Shown: in pieces, positions 49,280-60,239 of the stretch
Position numbering within the stretch: position 1 is the stretch's first letter
How the letters are laid out: each line of letters begins with the position of its first letter
Assembly: GCA_001563335.1 (NCBI GenBank)
Contig: LRSL01000086.1
Location: 1 to 64,000, forward strand
DNA length: 64,000 nt
Direction: 5' to 3'
Source: Candidatus Thorarchaeota archaeon SMTZ1-45
GTDB taxonomy: Archaea; Asgardarchaeota; Thorarchaeia; Thorarchaeales; Thorarchaeaceae
Position numbers and translations under genes: made by a program
The notes under the pieces: generated by a model
What the model saw: the letters and a program-made list of their open reading frames with translations, nothing else
Database searches by the model: none
What the model was told of the DNA's origin: nothing

Positions 49280-50413
49280 CTACAAGACAAGTTTAGCCAA
49301 GATTGATTCGACCGACTCAATCTTAATTTTAGAGTCTATGCTTGCGGCGCCATCACGTAGATTTCTAAGGCAAAAAGGACAAGCTGTAGCAAGAATTGAT
49401 GCTTCGGTTGCTTTGGCTTCTTGAACCCGATTTGCAGCAATTGCTATTGAGTCCTCAACCTTTCCAGCACGGAAACCACCTCCAGCTCCACAGCATTTAG
49501 CAAACTTTCGATTCCACTCCATTTCGACAAGTCTAACTCCAGGTATAGATGAGAGCACCTGTCGAGGTGCGTCATAAAGCCCTGAGTGTCTACCGAGATG
49601 ACAAGGATCATGGTACGTTATAGTAGCATTGAGAGGACTAATCTTGAGCCTCTTCTGTTTGATTAGTTCTTGTAATAACTCAATAGTATGTGTAGTCTTG
49701 AACCTTGATTCATCATTCATTAAAAGCTTGAAGTCGTTAGAGAACATTCTATAGCAACCAGCACATGAAACCAGAATTTTGTCTGACTGCATACTCTCAA
49801 AGAGTGTGGTAATCCTCTTCGCTTGTTCAAAAGCTTGAAATTCATCGCCCACACGATATGCAGGAGAGCCACAGCATATCTGTTCATTTGGGATTCTGAA
49901 ACTTACTCCTGCAGCTCTTAGGATTTTGAGTAAGGAGTCTATTTCTTCACTTTCTCTGTATATCTGGGTACATCCAAGAAACAAAGTATAATCTGCTGAA
50001 CTTAGCTTAGATTCAGATAGAGATTGTAAGACCGTATCGCCCTCAGCTGAATTAGCTGAATAGGGATTGCCACTTTCACGGGTGCTCGTGCTGATTTTTC
50101 TGTAACCTTCAGGAGGAGCGACTCCCTGCTTACAGAGAACTGCTTTCATCTCATGGATGGCTTCACTCTGATTATACCCACAAGCCACATCACAGAGACC
50201 GCAACTTGTGCACGCAAAAACTCGTTCAGCTATGGTTTCATCTAGTTGGAGTCTTCCCCTGAGTAAATGGTAAAGAATAGTCATCTTTCCCTTTGCTGCA
50301 TAACTGTCTAATTGCATTTGGCTGTAGGCAGGGCAGTTTTCACGACAGAATCCACAACGTACATGCATACAAGCACGCGCCCAGTCCTCATATTTTTCGA
50401 GCCGGTCTATCAT
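49280..50413 (-). CDS. Fe-S oxidoreductase with CCG domains (GlcF/HdrD-like)
   Basis: CGFCRENCP, CTSCGLCDVAC, CCG, YHDPCHLGR, CCGAGGG. Confidence 0.9.
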   Translation of the reverse strand: MIDRLEKYEDWARACMHVRCGFCRENCPAYSQMQLDSYAAKGKMTILYHLLRGRLQLDETIAERVFACTSCGLCDVACGYNQSEAIHEMKAVLCKQGVAPPEGYRKISTSTRESGNPYSANSAEGDTVLQSLSESKLSSADYTLFLGCTQIYRESEEIDSLLKILRAAGVSFRIPNEQICCGSPAYRVGDEFQAFEQAKRITTLFESMQSDKILVSCAGCYRMFSNDFKLLMNDESRFKTTHTIELLQELIKQKRLKISPLNATITYHDPCHLGRHSGLYDAPRQVLSSIPGVRLVEMEWNRKFAKCCGAGGGFRAGKVEDSIAIAANRVQEAKATEASILATACPFCLRNLRDGAASIDSKIKIESVESILAKLVL

Positions 50414-51852
50414 TAACTAAACCCCCTGTTTCCCCGATTCAAAATGTTCTTTGGATCTAATAATGATTTCAGGTCCTTGAGAAGGTTCCAAGCAGAACCC
50501 AATTGGTCTTGAACCCAAGGTGAAGAACGTAATCCTAGTCCATTGGCATTTGAAAGACTGCCACCCATCTCTAGAGCTCGGCGATACATTCGCTCTTTAA
50601 ACTGGAACCACTTGTCAATCTCACTCTTTCTTCGAGTATCAACTGGTACGCTGAAATAAATGCAGAATGGAATAGGTCCTCTAGGACCACCAACAACAAA
50701 CGCTCCAAAATCAATATCGACCCACCCAAACTCTCTTTTCAATTCATCACAAAAGTCGCTGAATTCTTGGAACTTACTGAGTGGTACACAGGCATCAACC
50801 AAATCAGGCTCATATTCAGTATGTGATAGGGCAAAATTACTCTGATCAAAGGTGTCTTTTCCAATGTTGATAGAGTTCCACCATGACTGGGTAAGGTCTG
50901 AGGGTAGTCTATTTCCACCCTGTTTCTCAGAACATTTTGTTATGACCTTGAGTGTTGTATCCACCATTTCAGCACTACCAGACGCTCCAAATAGAACAGC
51001 CATTGAAATTTTATCAGGAATTGGTGTTTTTGCTCGCTCCATATATTGAACAAGAGACCTTCGATCAAACATAAAGACTGTTTCAGGCCAACATCCAGAT
51101 GCATGAGCACTTTTGCAAGCCTCAATGGCTGTGGTTATATTAGAAAACCCGAAGCTTACCCGGTCCCGCATGGGAGGTTTGGGATATACTTTGAGTGTGG
51201 CTTCAGTGATGATACCAAAAGTACCTTCTGCACCAAGAAAGAGATTCAGGAGATTATGGGTTGGTAATGAGAGATAACTCTTACCTCCAATCCTGATTCT
51301 TTGGCCATCACTCATAATCACTTCCAATGCAAGAACCTGGTCGTACACATAACCGTACTTCGCGCCATAGATGCTGATACCCATACAGCTCAATGCTCCA
51401 CCAATTGTTGAAGAGAGGCTACTCTCAGGATGGTGGGCAAAAAACACCCCTTTGTCTAGAGCTGCATTGTAAATTGCTTCAATGGTTGTACCTGCTTGAG
51501 CTGTGATGGTCAGGTTGTCAGTATCAACCTCTAGAACTCTATTTAGTCGCTTCATATCAAGTACAATTCCATGCGCGACAGCCAGTGGATTACCAGACAT
51601 ACTAGTTCCCCCACCCCAAGTATAGATTGGCACATTCATTTGATTGGCGATTTTTACTACCTCAACAACTTCATCTGAAGTTCCTGGTTTGACAATGATG
51701 TCAGGTGTGTAATCGTCCGCAATTCCTTCAATTGAATAATCTTTGGAATAGACCAATCTATCACATAACTCGCTACTTACATGTCTGTCGCCAGCTATCT
51801 CTATTAGCATCTTCTCAACAAGTGACAAATCTGTCATGAGTATCAATTCCAT
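50413..51852 (-). CDS. FAD-linked oxidase (GlcD / D-lactate dehydrogenase-like)
   Basis: GGGTSMSG, STIGG, GAEGTFGIITE, LDPKNILN; the usual C-terminal EHG appears as NANG. Confidence 0.88.
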   Translation of the reverse strand: MELILMTDLSLVEKMLIEIAGDRHVSSELCDRLVYSKDYSIEGIADDYTPDIIVKPGTSDEVVEVVKIANQMNVPIYTWGGGTSMSGNPLAVAHGIVLDMKRLNRVLEVDTDNLTITAQAGTTIEAIYNAALDKGVFFAHHPESSLSSTIGGALSCMGISIYGAKYGYVYDQVLALEVIMSDGQRIRIGGKSYLSLPTHNLLNLFLGAEGTFGIITEATLKVYPKPPMRDRVSFGFSNITTAIEACKSAHASGCWPETVFMFDRRSLVQYMERAKTPIPDKISMAVLFGASGSAEMVDTTLKVITKCSEKQGGNRLPSDLTQSWWNSINIGKDTFDQSNFALSHTEYEPDLVDACVPLSKFQEFSDFCDELKREFGWVDIDFGAFVVGGPRGPIPFCIYFSVPVDTRRKSEIDKWFQFKERMYRRALEMGGSLSNANGLGLRSSPWVQDQLGSAWNLLKDLKSLLDPKNILNRGNRGFS

Positions 51853-52047
51853 CGGTGGATGTCATTTCAGGAAGAGAGGGTGAATAATATCTCTACTGTA
51901 GGGACCATTATGTATGACTTATTGTATTTCAGCGTATAAATGACTGTGAAAACACATTTTATAGGACGAGTACATAGCTGAAATATCACTATAAGTGGTG
52001 TAACAATTGGTTTGTAGTGACCCCACCTCGGAATTGGAGAGGATAGT

Positions 52048-53106
52048 ATGGCAGCATCTCGCCGTTGGCAATTCAAGATCTGTCTAATTGGAGATGGCTA
52101 TGTCGGGAAGACAAGTATTCGTCGAAAGTACCTAGGACAGGGATTCAGGTCGAACTATATTCCATCATTGGGTGTTGATTTTGCACAAAAGACAGTAACG
52201 TACAATGGGGATGATGTTCGTTTGGTAATCTGGGACATAGCTGGGCAACCACAATTCCAGAGCCTACGAAAGCGCTACTACGAGGGGTGTAGTGGTCTGA
52301 TACTTGCTTATTCTGTGGTGGATAGAGAGTCATTCGATAATGCTTCCAAATGGTTGGTCGAGGCGAAGGGATTTATGGAGGATTTTCCTGCTTTGATTAT
52401 AGTAGGGAACAAAATCGATCTTCGGTCATATCATCCAAAAGAGAACATAATAACTTATGAAGAAGGTCTTGAGTTCACCAAGAAGTTCAGTGAACGACTA
52501 AACACTCCTGCCATCTTTATCGAAACCTCAGCATTGACGGGGGAGAATATCGATAGGGCGTTTGACAAACTGACTAGGCTAATGATTAATCCAGAGGATT
52601 ATCAGACAATTACTACGATGCATGAAGTACGTGTGGGGACCGCTGAGCAAAGCCAACCCTCTGCGTCTAGTTCTTTAACGCCTACTATTTCAAGCAGTCA
52701 ACCTGTTATAGAAATGCCATCTGTTGAAGAGTCAGTAATAGCTCAAGAGGATGAGGTTGCACTAACCATGACCCATTTGATCGAGCTCCGCGGAAAGCTG
52801 AAGAAGGCTGAAGAAGAGTTCCGTGATTACTCGTTGGAAGTCGAAACCAAGCTTCTTACACTCAGGAACACTGTTCATGTAAAGAAAATAATGTACGAGC
52901 ATCTAAGAGAACAGCTAACTCAAACTAGGCAGGAGTGGGCAGATGCCTATGACCAGCATGTTAAGTTGGACCAAGAGAAGAAACAGGAAATAGAGAAACG
53001 ATTGGCTCATATTGCTAAGATTAGAGACCAAATCGATGAGATTGAAACATCAATCAAGAAACAAGTAAGCAAACTGGATTTAGGTAAAAGTATGGACCAA
53101 TTATAG
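52048..53106 (+). CDS. Rab-like small GTPase with C-terminal coiled coil
   Basis: GDGYVGKT, WDIAGQ, NKID and ETSA; Ser-rich linker; heptad-patterned tail of about 110 aa. Confidence 0.92.
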   Translation: MAASRRWQFKICLIGDGYVGKTSIRRKYLGQGFRSNYIPSLGVDFAQKTVTYNGDDVRLVIWDIAGQPQFQSLRKRYYEGCSGLILAYSVVDRESFDNASKWLVEAKGFMEDFPALIIVGNKIDLRSYHPKENIITYEEGLEFTKKFSERLNTPAIFIETSALTGENIDRAFDKLTRLMINPEDYQTITTMHEVRVGTAEQSQPSASSSLTPTISSSQPVIEMPSVEESVIAQEDEVALTMTHLIELRGKLKKAEEEFRDYSLEVETKLLTLRNTVHVKKIMYEHLREQLTQTRQEWADAYDQHVKLDQEKKQEIEKRLAHIAKIRDQIDEIETSIKKQVSKLDLGKSMDQL

Positions 53107-53204
53107 TAATTTTTGAATTTCCATGAAGCACAGGTGTATGGTTTAAACTGAAAGTACTTTAACCAGAAGACAATGGTTCACGTTATCAAGGACCGTTACT
53201 ATTC

Positions 53205-54506
53205 TTGTCAGAGAAGCATCACGAACTAATCGATCAGAAAGTTCGAAATTCAAATCACGAGGGAAATGTCCTCACTGTGCTTAATCTCTCTCTAGTGACA
53301 TTCCTAGTTCTCCTTGGTCTAAGCATGGTTGCTCCAATTCTACCAACCTATGCAGAGAGTTTTCAAGTATCATACACCCTCGTAGGTTTCGTAGTTTCAT
53401 CCTTTGCTGTAACACGAATGGTTCTCGACATGCCTGCAGGACTACTCTCAAGAAGATTCGACAAGAAGAAAATAATGATTTCAGGATTGGTACTCATTTC
53501 AACTTCATCAATACTTGCTGGTTTTGCCCCCAACTATGGCACACTTGTAATCGCGCGTATGATAGAAGGCGCAGGCTCAGCGCTATACGTCACTACAGCC
53601 ACAGTGTTCCTAGCTCAAATATCAGGAGAGGAGAAAAGGGGGCAGTGGATGAGTTTGTATATGGGCATGTTGCTTCTCGGAGCAATCTTTGGACCAACAT
53701 TTGGAGGGGTTCTTGCAGACACTTACGATATTCGAGCCCCCTTCTTTGCTTATGCAATAATTACAGGCCTTGGTGTGTTTCCAACAATAACGCTGCCAAA
53801 ACTAGCTAATTCTGGGAATGCATCTTCATCTCTTAAGAGAGGCGAGATCCTAAGAGACATGAGAGAAGTTCTATCCACACCTTCATTTCTTCTAGTGACC
53901 TTTGCAGTCTTCACAACATTCTTTCTACGTACAGGAGTACGAACTACACTAGTACCGCTATTTGCCGCTAATAATCTGGGTCTTGATTCGGGTGCCATCG
54001 GTCTAGTACTTACGATTGGGGGGATAACGACTGCAATTACAATCACGCCCATGGGAAGTGTTTCAGACAGAATTGGGAGAAAGATTCCTCTAGCATTATG
54101 TCTCGTTTTGACTGCAGCTATCACTCTGGTGATTCCATTTTCTACGGATTTGCTAACATTATCAATTTCCCTAGGAATATATGGAGCCGTAATTGGTTTC
54201 TCAGGACCCAGCGCGGCTTATGTGACTGATTTATCACCACCGGATAAACTAGAAATATCCATGGGACTCTATCGCATGATCAGTGATTTCGGATTCGTTG
54301 TTGGACCGCTTCTGCTTGGTTTCATAGCTGACTTGACAGCTACACCAGTGGGTGGGGAGCCTCATTCTGGACTCATTGGCATGTTTCCCTTCTTGATAGC
54401 CTCAATTATTCTCATAGTTGCCTTCTTTGTACTTTTACGAGCTGATGATCCAGCAAGAGATAGAAGACAAAATGCCGTACTAAAGAGTGACTTACAACTC
54501 ATTTGA
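53205..54506 (+). CDS. MFS transporter (DHA1-like)
   Basis: GLLSRRFDKK, ARMIEGAG, GSVSDRIGRK. Confidence 0.9.
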   Translation: MSEKHHELIDQKVRNSNHEGNVLTVLNLSLVTFLVLLGLSMVAPILPTYAESFQVSYTLVGFVVSSFAVTRMVLDMPAGLLSRRFDKKKIMISGLVLISTSSILAGFAPNYGTLVIARMIEGAGSALYVTTATVFLAQISGEEKRGQWMSLYMGMLLLGAIFGPTFGGVLADTYDIRAPFFAYAIITGLGVFPTITLPKLANSGNASSSLKRGEILRDMREVLSTPSFLLVTFAVFTTFFLRTGVRTTLVPLFAANNLGLDSGAIGLVLTIGGITTAITITPMGSVSDRIGRKIPLALCLVLTAAITLVIPFSTDLLTLSISLGIYGAVIGFSGPSAAYVTDLSPPDKLEISMGLYRMISDFGFVVGPLLLGFIADLTATPVGGEPHSGLIGMFPFLIASIILIVAFFVLLRADDPARDRRQNAVLKSDLQLI

Positions 54507-54590
54507 ACAGATCAATTTCTATAATTAATTGGATTTATCTCAGTTGATAGTGATTCTACTTAGAACTATCCTCTTTTATACACGCGAGCT

Positions 54591-55088
54591 TTGATGAGGG
54601 ATATGGAGGACTTAGAAATGCATGAGGAGGAACTAAGAGAACTCATCACAGAAATTCGTGCCGCACGATCAAACCCAAAGAAGCTAAAGACTCTGCTTAA
54701 CAAGTATGAGAATGAATTTGGAACTCAAGCAGAGAAACGAGTTCTGGAGATCATCGCTGAAGATACTGAGAAGTCATGGGTGGGAATTGCTGAGGAAAGA
54801 GAGAATAATGACATTCAGGGCATCCTTGATACATTATGGGAGTCCTTTGAACGAGTGGGAGGAGAGTTCACTGTCAAGAGGACAAAAGATTCAGCACAGA
54901 TTCACTGTACAAAGTGCCCAATGGCTGACACGTACCTCAAGATTGGAAAGCCTGAGTATGGATTGATTTTTCATTGCAGTACTGATCCACACATTGTAGC
55001 CGGATTCAATCCGAAGATGGAGTTTAGAATCACAAAGAGGCTCATGACTGGGGATGAGTGTTGCAATCATTATTATCGTTTGAAATGA
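54591..55088 (+). CDS. ATC-hydrolase-like (L-2-amino-thiazoline-4-carboxylate hydrolase family) protein
   Basis: CTKCPMA, CSTD, GFNP, RLMTGDECC. Confidence 0.75.
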   Translation: MMRDMEDLEMHEEELRELITEIRAARSNPKKLKTLLNKYENEFGTQAEKRVLEIIAEDTEKSWVGIAEERENNDIQGILDTLWESFERVGGEFTVKRTKDSAQIHCTKCPMADTYLKIGKPEYGLIFHCSTDPHIVAGFNPKMEFRITKRLMTGDECCNHYYRLK

Positions 55089-55172
55089 CATCTCCAAATG
55101 TGAAAGTCTGAAGAATGCTAGCAGATGAAAATCCAAAAACCTCATTATTGATGAATGTGAATAGTGTAGAAC

Positions 55173-55715
55173 ATGTCATTAGAAGGGTATCCTAATTGGA
55201 TTCGAGGTATTGATGTATTTATTGGACTCGTTACAATCATTGTAGGAGCCTGGATCTTATTAAGTCCAGATCTTGTTGAAGCCACTTTAGTACTCGCGAT
55301 GGCTATTGGTCTTTTTCTAATCGGTGTGGTAAGATTTGGGAAAGGTATCACCATGAGTGGCTTGACAATGACAAGCCGTGCCATGAAGATATTGAGTGGT
55401 ATTGGAGCAATTGTCCTCTCGATTCTTTCTTTTATATTTAGTAGTTTGACGATAGTAGCCTTGATTTCATTACTAACCTTCGCAATAATGATACTAGGAA
55501 TTTCAAGGATTGTTGTTGGGTATAATGAGAAGACATTATCGGCTTGGGTGAGATGGATGAATATTCTTGGTGGAGGAATTGTATTCTTCTTTGGATTCTT
55601 TGCAGCAATTCTTTCAGGTTTAGGATTCTTTACACTTAGGCTGCTGATATCTTGTGCGTTTATGGTCCTAGGACTTATCCGAATTGCAGCTGCATCGAAA
55701 GGGGAGTTGACGTAG
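55173..55715 (+). CDS. HdeD/DUF308 membrane protein
   Basis: Six TM helices with repeated G-x-x-RI pattern. Confidence 0.75.
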   Translation: MSLEGYPNWIRGIDVFIGLVTIIVGAWILLSPDLVEATLVLAMAIGLFLIGVVRFGKGITMSGLTMTSRAMKILSGIGAIVLSILSFIFSSLTIVALISLLTFAIMILGISRIVVGYNEKTLSAWVRWMNILGGGIVFFFGFFAAILSGLGFFTLRLLISCAFMVLGLIRIAAASKGELT

Positions 55716-55739
55716 AAAGAAAAAGAGAGAGAGGATTGT

Positions 55740-56327
55740 ATGCCAACTAAAGAAAAAGGTGCACGCATTCCACAAAGAAGTGCATATACAGTGAAGAATT
55801 TGCTTGGGGATCTCAAGAAACTCAAACTGACACCAAGCACACTCTACACTGTCGGAACTGAAATCATCTACTTCGAGTGGACACAAGCTCGTGAAGAATT
55901 AGGGGAGCAGGATGAGATTACTATACATCTTGAGGAACTTATGAGATTCATGCAAACAGATTATGAAAGACGGCTCTTACAGGGCGAATTAAGACGCGAA
56001 AAGGATACTCCTAACGAAGCAATTAACACTTTTCTTAAAGAAACACCTATTGAGTTTCAGTCTTATGTGCTCAAAAGACCTGGACCTTTTGTACAAGGAG
56101 TATTGCAAGCAATGCATACTCAAAGTGAGAGAGAGATAGCACGTTACAAAAGAACAGAGAACGGAATTCGTAAAGAGTTAGAAGAACATCCAAAAGATCC
56201 TGAGTTGTGGAATCATCTTCGTCTTGTGCTTTGGATTATTGGTCAATATGATGACGCAAGTGATGCGTATAAACGAGCCAAAATATTCGGATGGGACAAG
56301 ACTAAGTCAAAGATTGTTGGAATATAG
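55740..56327 (+). CDS. hypothetical protein with a C-terminal TPR
   Basis: PKDPELWNHLRLVLWIIGQYDDASDAYKRA. Confidence 0.75.
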   Translation: MPTKEKGARIPQRSAYTVKNLLGDLKKLKLTPSTLYTVGTEIIYFEWTQAREELGEQDEITIHLEELMRFMQTDYERRLLQGELRREKDTPNEAINTFLKETPIEFQSYVLKRPGPFVQGVLQAMHTQSEREIARYKRTENGIRKELEEHPKDPELWNHLRLVLWIIGQYDDASDAYKRAKIFGWDKTKSKIVGI

Positions 56328-56416
56328 CATTAGCCCTCTCAAATACCTGATTGGAATCGGTGGGTTTGAATACATCTTATGTTCTTGATATATCTAAACC
56401 AGAAGGAGGTTTTTGA

Positions 56417-56833
56417 ATGACATCAAAAGAATTAATGGAAATGTTGAATCAAGCTATTGCGAGAGAGATACAAGTAAGTATACAATATATGTGGCAGCAT
56501 GTCAGGATTTATGGATTTGACCATCTAGCAATTGCTGAAGAGCTGAAGAAAACTGCAATCGCAGAGATGAAACATGCTGAGAGCATTGCAGAGAGAGGTG
56601 ACTATCTTGGGGGTGTTCCTACCACGACTCCGGCAATAATAACAGTTGTAAACAAACCACAAGAAATGATCACTCTTGATATGCATGCAGAGGAGGAGGC
56701 TATTGAACTTTACAAGAAGATTATAGAGCGTGCAGATGAAGAGAAAGACTATGTGACTCGAGAACTTTTTGAGAACATACTCTCAGATGAGGAAGATCAT
56801 CACAACGTGTTCAGGACTTTACTTGAGAAGTAG
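56417..56833 (+). CDS. bacterioferritin/ferritin-like protein
   Basis: AREIQVSIQY, EMKHAE, EEEAIELY, DEEDH; AGGAGG RBS. Confidence 0.9.
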   Translation: MTSKELMEMLNQAIAREIQVSIQYMWQHVRIYGFDHLAIAEELKKTAIAEMKHAESIAERGDYLGGVPTTTPAIITVVNKPQEMITLDMHAEEEAIELYKKIIERADEEKDYVTRELFENILSDEEDHHNVFRTLLEK

Positions 56834-56849
56834 AGAGCTAGAATAACAT

Positions 56850-59360
56850 TCAAAATTCAGCATATCTGTAGAAGACCCACTTGACAAGTTCAGTGGAGAT
56901 TACATAGAGAATAGCAATTGCTAGAAGAATACCTATGACAAACAAAGACAAAGGAGTGAAACTAAGAATCAAAGCAGCAGGTGAATATGGCAAGAAAAGA
57001 ACAATCAGTAATACTGCAATTGATGAGCCAAAAAGACGTTTGCTTGGTCTACTCTTCCAGAAGAGTCTTCGTGTCCTGATTACAAGCATTATGAGCAATT
57101 CGGTTATAACAGACAGGACAAACCATCCTGTCTGAAATAGAGTTTCTGTTGAGTGGAGTAATAGTAGAAAGACTGCGAATGTGAGAAGATCAAATAGTGT
57201 GCTCTGCAGACCAAAGGTGGCCATAAACTGCGTTATAAAGCGTATATTCCATCTTCGTGGTTTGTCTATTAATTCCTCATCCACATCGTCAGTTGAAATT
57301 GTAGTCGCAGGAAAGTCTGTTAGCAAGTTGATTGTGAGTATTTGTTTGGGTAGCAATGGTAAGAATGGTAGGATTAGGGAGGCAAATGCCATGCTAAACA
57401 TATTACCAAAATTTGCACTTGTTGTGACAAAGATGTATTTCATCGTATTGGCAAATGTCTTTCTGCCAGAATCAACACCTTTGATTAATACATCAAGATT
57501 CTTCTCAAGGAGAACAATCTCTGCAGCCTGTTTGGCAACGTCAACCGCTCCTTCAACGGATATGCCGACATCAGCTGCATGGATTGCAGACGCATCATTT
57601 ATGCCATCTCCCATGAATCCGACTACATATCCTGATTTCCTAAGTGAAAGAATTACACGCTCCTTTTGATTCGGTTCCACTTCTGCAAATATGTCTGTTT
57701 GACCTGCTTGCACCATTAATGCTTCGTCACTCATTTGACGTAATTGTGTTCCTGTAATGATCTTTGGTTGTGCTATACCTATTTGGGTTGCCAGATTCGT
57801 GGCGACGAGCTTGTTATCACCGGTTATCATTTTGAACTGAATCATTCGATCCTGCAGGTTGGCAATTACTCGGTCAATTCCAGGTTTCGGAGGGTCATAA
57901 AGTACAATGAAACCCAAGAAGGTCATATCTGATTCGAAGCTTCGGTCAATCGTTTCTACCAATCCAACATTTCGATAAGCAACCCCTATGGTTCGATAGC
58001 CCTGACTGCTGAAATCCGCCAGTTTTGCTAGTATTCTGCTTTTTGCTTCTTCAACAGACATTGTCACATTTGAATTAATTTGTACTTGAGAGCACACGTC
58101 CAGTACATTTTGAACAGCACCTTTTGTAATTAGAATGTTAACTCCGTCTTCAGCAATCAAGATACTGAGTTTCTTGCGCACGAAATCAAATGGCAATTCG
58201 TCAGATTTAGAATAGTTATGAACATCAAAATTGCTGCTCTTTATTATCGCTTCGTCAATTGGATTAGTATATCCGCTCTGATAGTAGGCATTGAGATAGG
58301 CATAGAAACGGACTTGGTCGTTTGGATTCCCCTCAATGTCCACAGATGAATGAACTACAACCCGTCCTTCTGTTACTGTCCCTGTTTTGTCAGAACACAA
58401 GAGATTCATAGATCCAAAGTCCTCGATGGAATTGAGACGTTTGACAATTACCTTTTCATTTGCCATCTGCTGTGCACCTTTTGCAAGGTTAATACTTATG
58501 ACAGCAGGCAGTAGTTGTGGTGTAATACCTACAGCAAGAGCTAGAGCGAACATCAATGAATCAAATACAGGTCGATTGGAGTAGACATTGAGTGCAAAAA
58601 TCGCAACTATGAAGATTAGGGTGAGCTCCATTAATAAATATCCGAATCTCGTTATCCCCCTCTCGAATTCTGTCACTGGAGGCTTGACTCTTAGCCTTTC
58701 TGAAATCTCTCCCAATTGGGTCTGCAATCCAGTAAGGACGACTACTGCTTTCCCGGTGCCGCTTACAACACTTGTTCCCATAAACAAAGCATTTTGTCGT
58801 AAATCTGACTCTTTCAATTCCTGAGATTGTTGTTTCTTTTCAGCAGGAAATGTTTCTCCTGTCAAAGCTGCTTCATTCACATAGAAATCCTTAGAGTCCA
58901 ATATTCTGCAGTCGCCAGGAATGATGTCACCGGCATTAAGGATTACAATGTCACCTGGAACTATCTGTTCCAGAGGAACTTCGATTTCACCTTGATCTCT
59001 TAGAACTGCAACACGAATCTTAATCATTTCAAGGAGCTTTTCTACAGCATCAGTAGTCGTTTTTTCTTGCCAAAACCCAAGGCTACTACTCAAAACCAAG
59101 ATGCCCGCAATTATCAGACCGTCAATATTGTCGCTCGTTGCAAAAGCTAGAATTGAAGAAAATAGAAGAATAAGGATTATTGGACTTTTGAATTGACTAG
59201 CAAGTATAGAGAGAGCGTCTGTTCTTTTTTTTGGCTTCAGCCTGTTAGGTCCATATTTGGCCAGTCTATCTTTTGCCTCTTCTGATGTGAGACCTATGGT
59301 AGTTGTACCAAGTTCTTGAATTAAGACATTCAAGTCTTCAGTCCAGAGGTCAACCCCCAT
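56850..59360 (-). CDS. mgtA: Mg2+-importing P-type ATPase
   Basis: LTGET, AVGITPQLLP, DKTGT, TGDN, GDGIND, SANFGNMFS. Confidence 0.9.
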   Translation of the reverse strand: MGVDLWTEDLNVLIQELGTTTIGLTSEEAKDRLAKYGPNRLKPKKRTDALSILASQFKSPIILILLFSSILAFATSDNIDGLIIAGILVLSSSLGFWQEKTTTDAVEKLLEMIKIRVAVLRDQGEIEVPLEQIVPGDIVILNAGDIIPGDCRILDSKDFYVNEAALTGETFPAEKKQQSQELKESDLRQNALFMGTSVVSGTGKAVVVLTGLQTQLGEISERLRVKPPVTEFERGITRFGYLLMELTLIFIVAIFALNVYSNRPVFDSLMFALALAVGITPQLLPAVISINLAKGAQQMANEKVIVKRLNSIEDFGSMNLLCSDKTGTVTEGRVVVHSSVDIEGNPNDQVRFYAYLNAYYQSGYTNPIDEAIIKSSNFDVHNYSKSDELPFDFVRKKLSILIAEDGVNILITKGAVQNVLDVCSQVQINSNVTMSVEEAKSRILAKLADFSSQGYRTIGVAYRNVGLVETIDRSFESDMTFLGFIVLYDPPKPGIDRVIANLQDRMIQFKMITGDNKLVATNLATQIGIAQPKIITGTQLRQMSDEALMVQAGQTDIFAEVEPNQKERVILSLRKSGYVVGFMGDGINDASAIHAADVGISVEGAVDVAKQAAEIVLLEKNLDVLIKGVDSGRKTFANTMKYIFVTTSANFGNMFSMAFASLILPFLPLLPKQILTINLLTDFPATTISTDDVDEELIDKPRRWNIRFITQFMATFGLQSTLFDLLTFAVFLLLLHSTETLFQTGWFVLSVITELLIMLVIRTRRLFWKSRPSKRLFGSSIAVLLIVLFLPYSPAALILSFTPLSLFVIGILLAIAILYVISTELVKWVFYRYAEF

Positions 59361-59503
59361 TCAGCTCACTCAACAATCTTAAGGCAATCTATCATTTATG
59401 CATTAGGATTGTGATAGATAAAAGTAGATTTCTTAAAGTCATAAGGAGAGAGCTGTCGTTGAGCTCATTTAGCAAGTTTTTCTTTTCAGTTGCAAGACCA
59501 TAA

Positions 59504-59914
59504 CTATCCGATTCTTTTGCGCACTCGTTCAGCAGCTCTCGCACGTGTATGTTCAGCCATATATATCATTGAAAACAGAATACCTCCAATCACAAGAAAG
59601 AAGGCATCTGGTATTAGGAGGCTTTCCATTGCTAATGTTATACATATTGGGATAAAATGCAAGAATGCAAGTAGCAGGACAACATAATGATTTTCTAATC
59701 TTCCTCCAAATACGCCAATGGCAAGCAAAACTATTAGACTGGATAAAGACACGAGAGTTAGAATGATTTGAAGATTGACCAAGATTGCTGTGAATGTAAT
59801 CTGCTGTATCAAAGTGATTAACCAGTTACCATATATTCCAATGACGATTCCCTCAAATAACATCAGTTGTTCGTTCCTAGTTACATTTTGATTTGATTGG
59901 TCAGATGAGGTCAT
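59504..59914 (-). CDS. membrane protein
   Basis: Four hydrophobic segments. Confidence 0.65.
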   Translation of the reverse strand: MTSSDQSNQNVTRNEQLMLFEGIVIGIYGNWLITLIQQITFTAILVNLQIILTLVSLSSLIVLLAIGVFGGRLENHYVVLLLAFLHFIPICITLAMESLLIPDAFFLVIGGILFSMIYMAEHTRARAAERVRKRIG

Positions 59915-60020
59915 GACGAAGATTTCTCCAAAGAAATCGGATGGAAAATGAGATTAAATCTTATCCCTCAACCTTACCTAGATTTAGTAATGCTCTCCAA
60001 AAGAATCAGGCTGGAAGCCC

Positions 60021-60239
60021 TCATTTCCCATCATCATGTCGCCAAATCATTATTGCGAGTATGATGAGAATAACACCAGTCATCCAGTGATGATACTGAA
60101 ATCCAAATAGTGCAATGTGATACTCGCTTAGGTCTGGAAGAATATGTCCAATTGGAAAACCAAACATCCACAGTTCGTCCGTAAGAAATACAATCCCTAC
60201 AAGCGTCAGTAGAATTGCGAACATTTTCTTTTTCGACAT
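60021..60239 (-). CDS. small membrane protein
   Basis: Two TM helices and an HHW motif. Confidence 0.6.
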   Translation of the reverse strand: MSKKKMFAILLTLVGIVFLTDELWMFGFPIGHILPDLSEYHIALFGFQYHHWMTGVILIILAIMIWRHDDGK

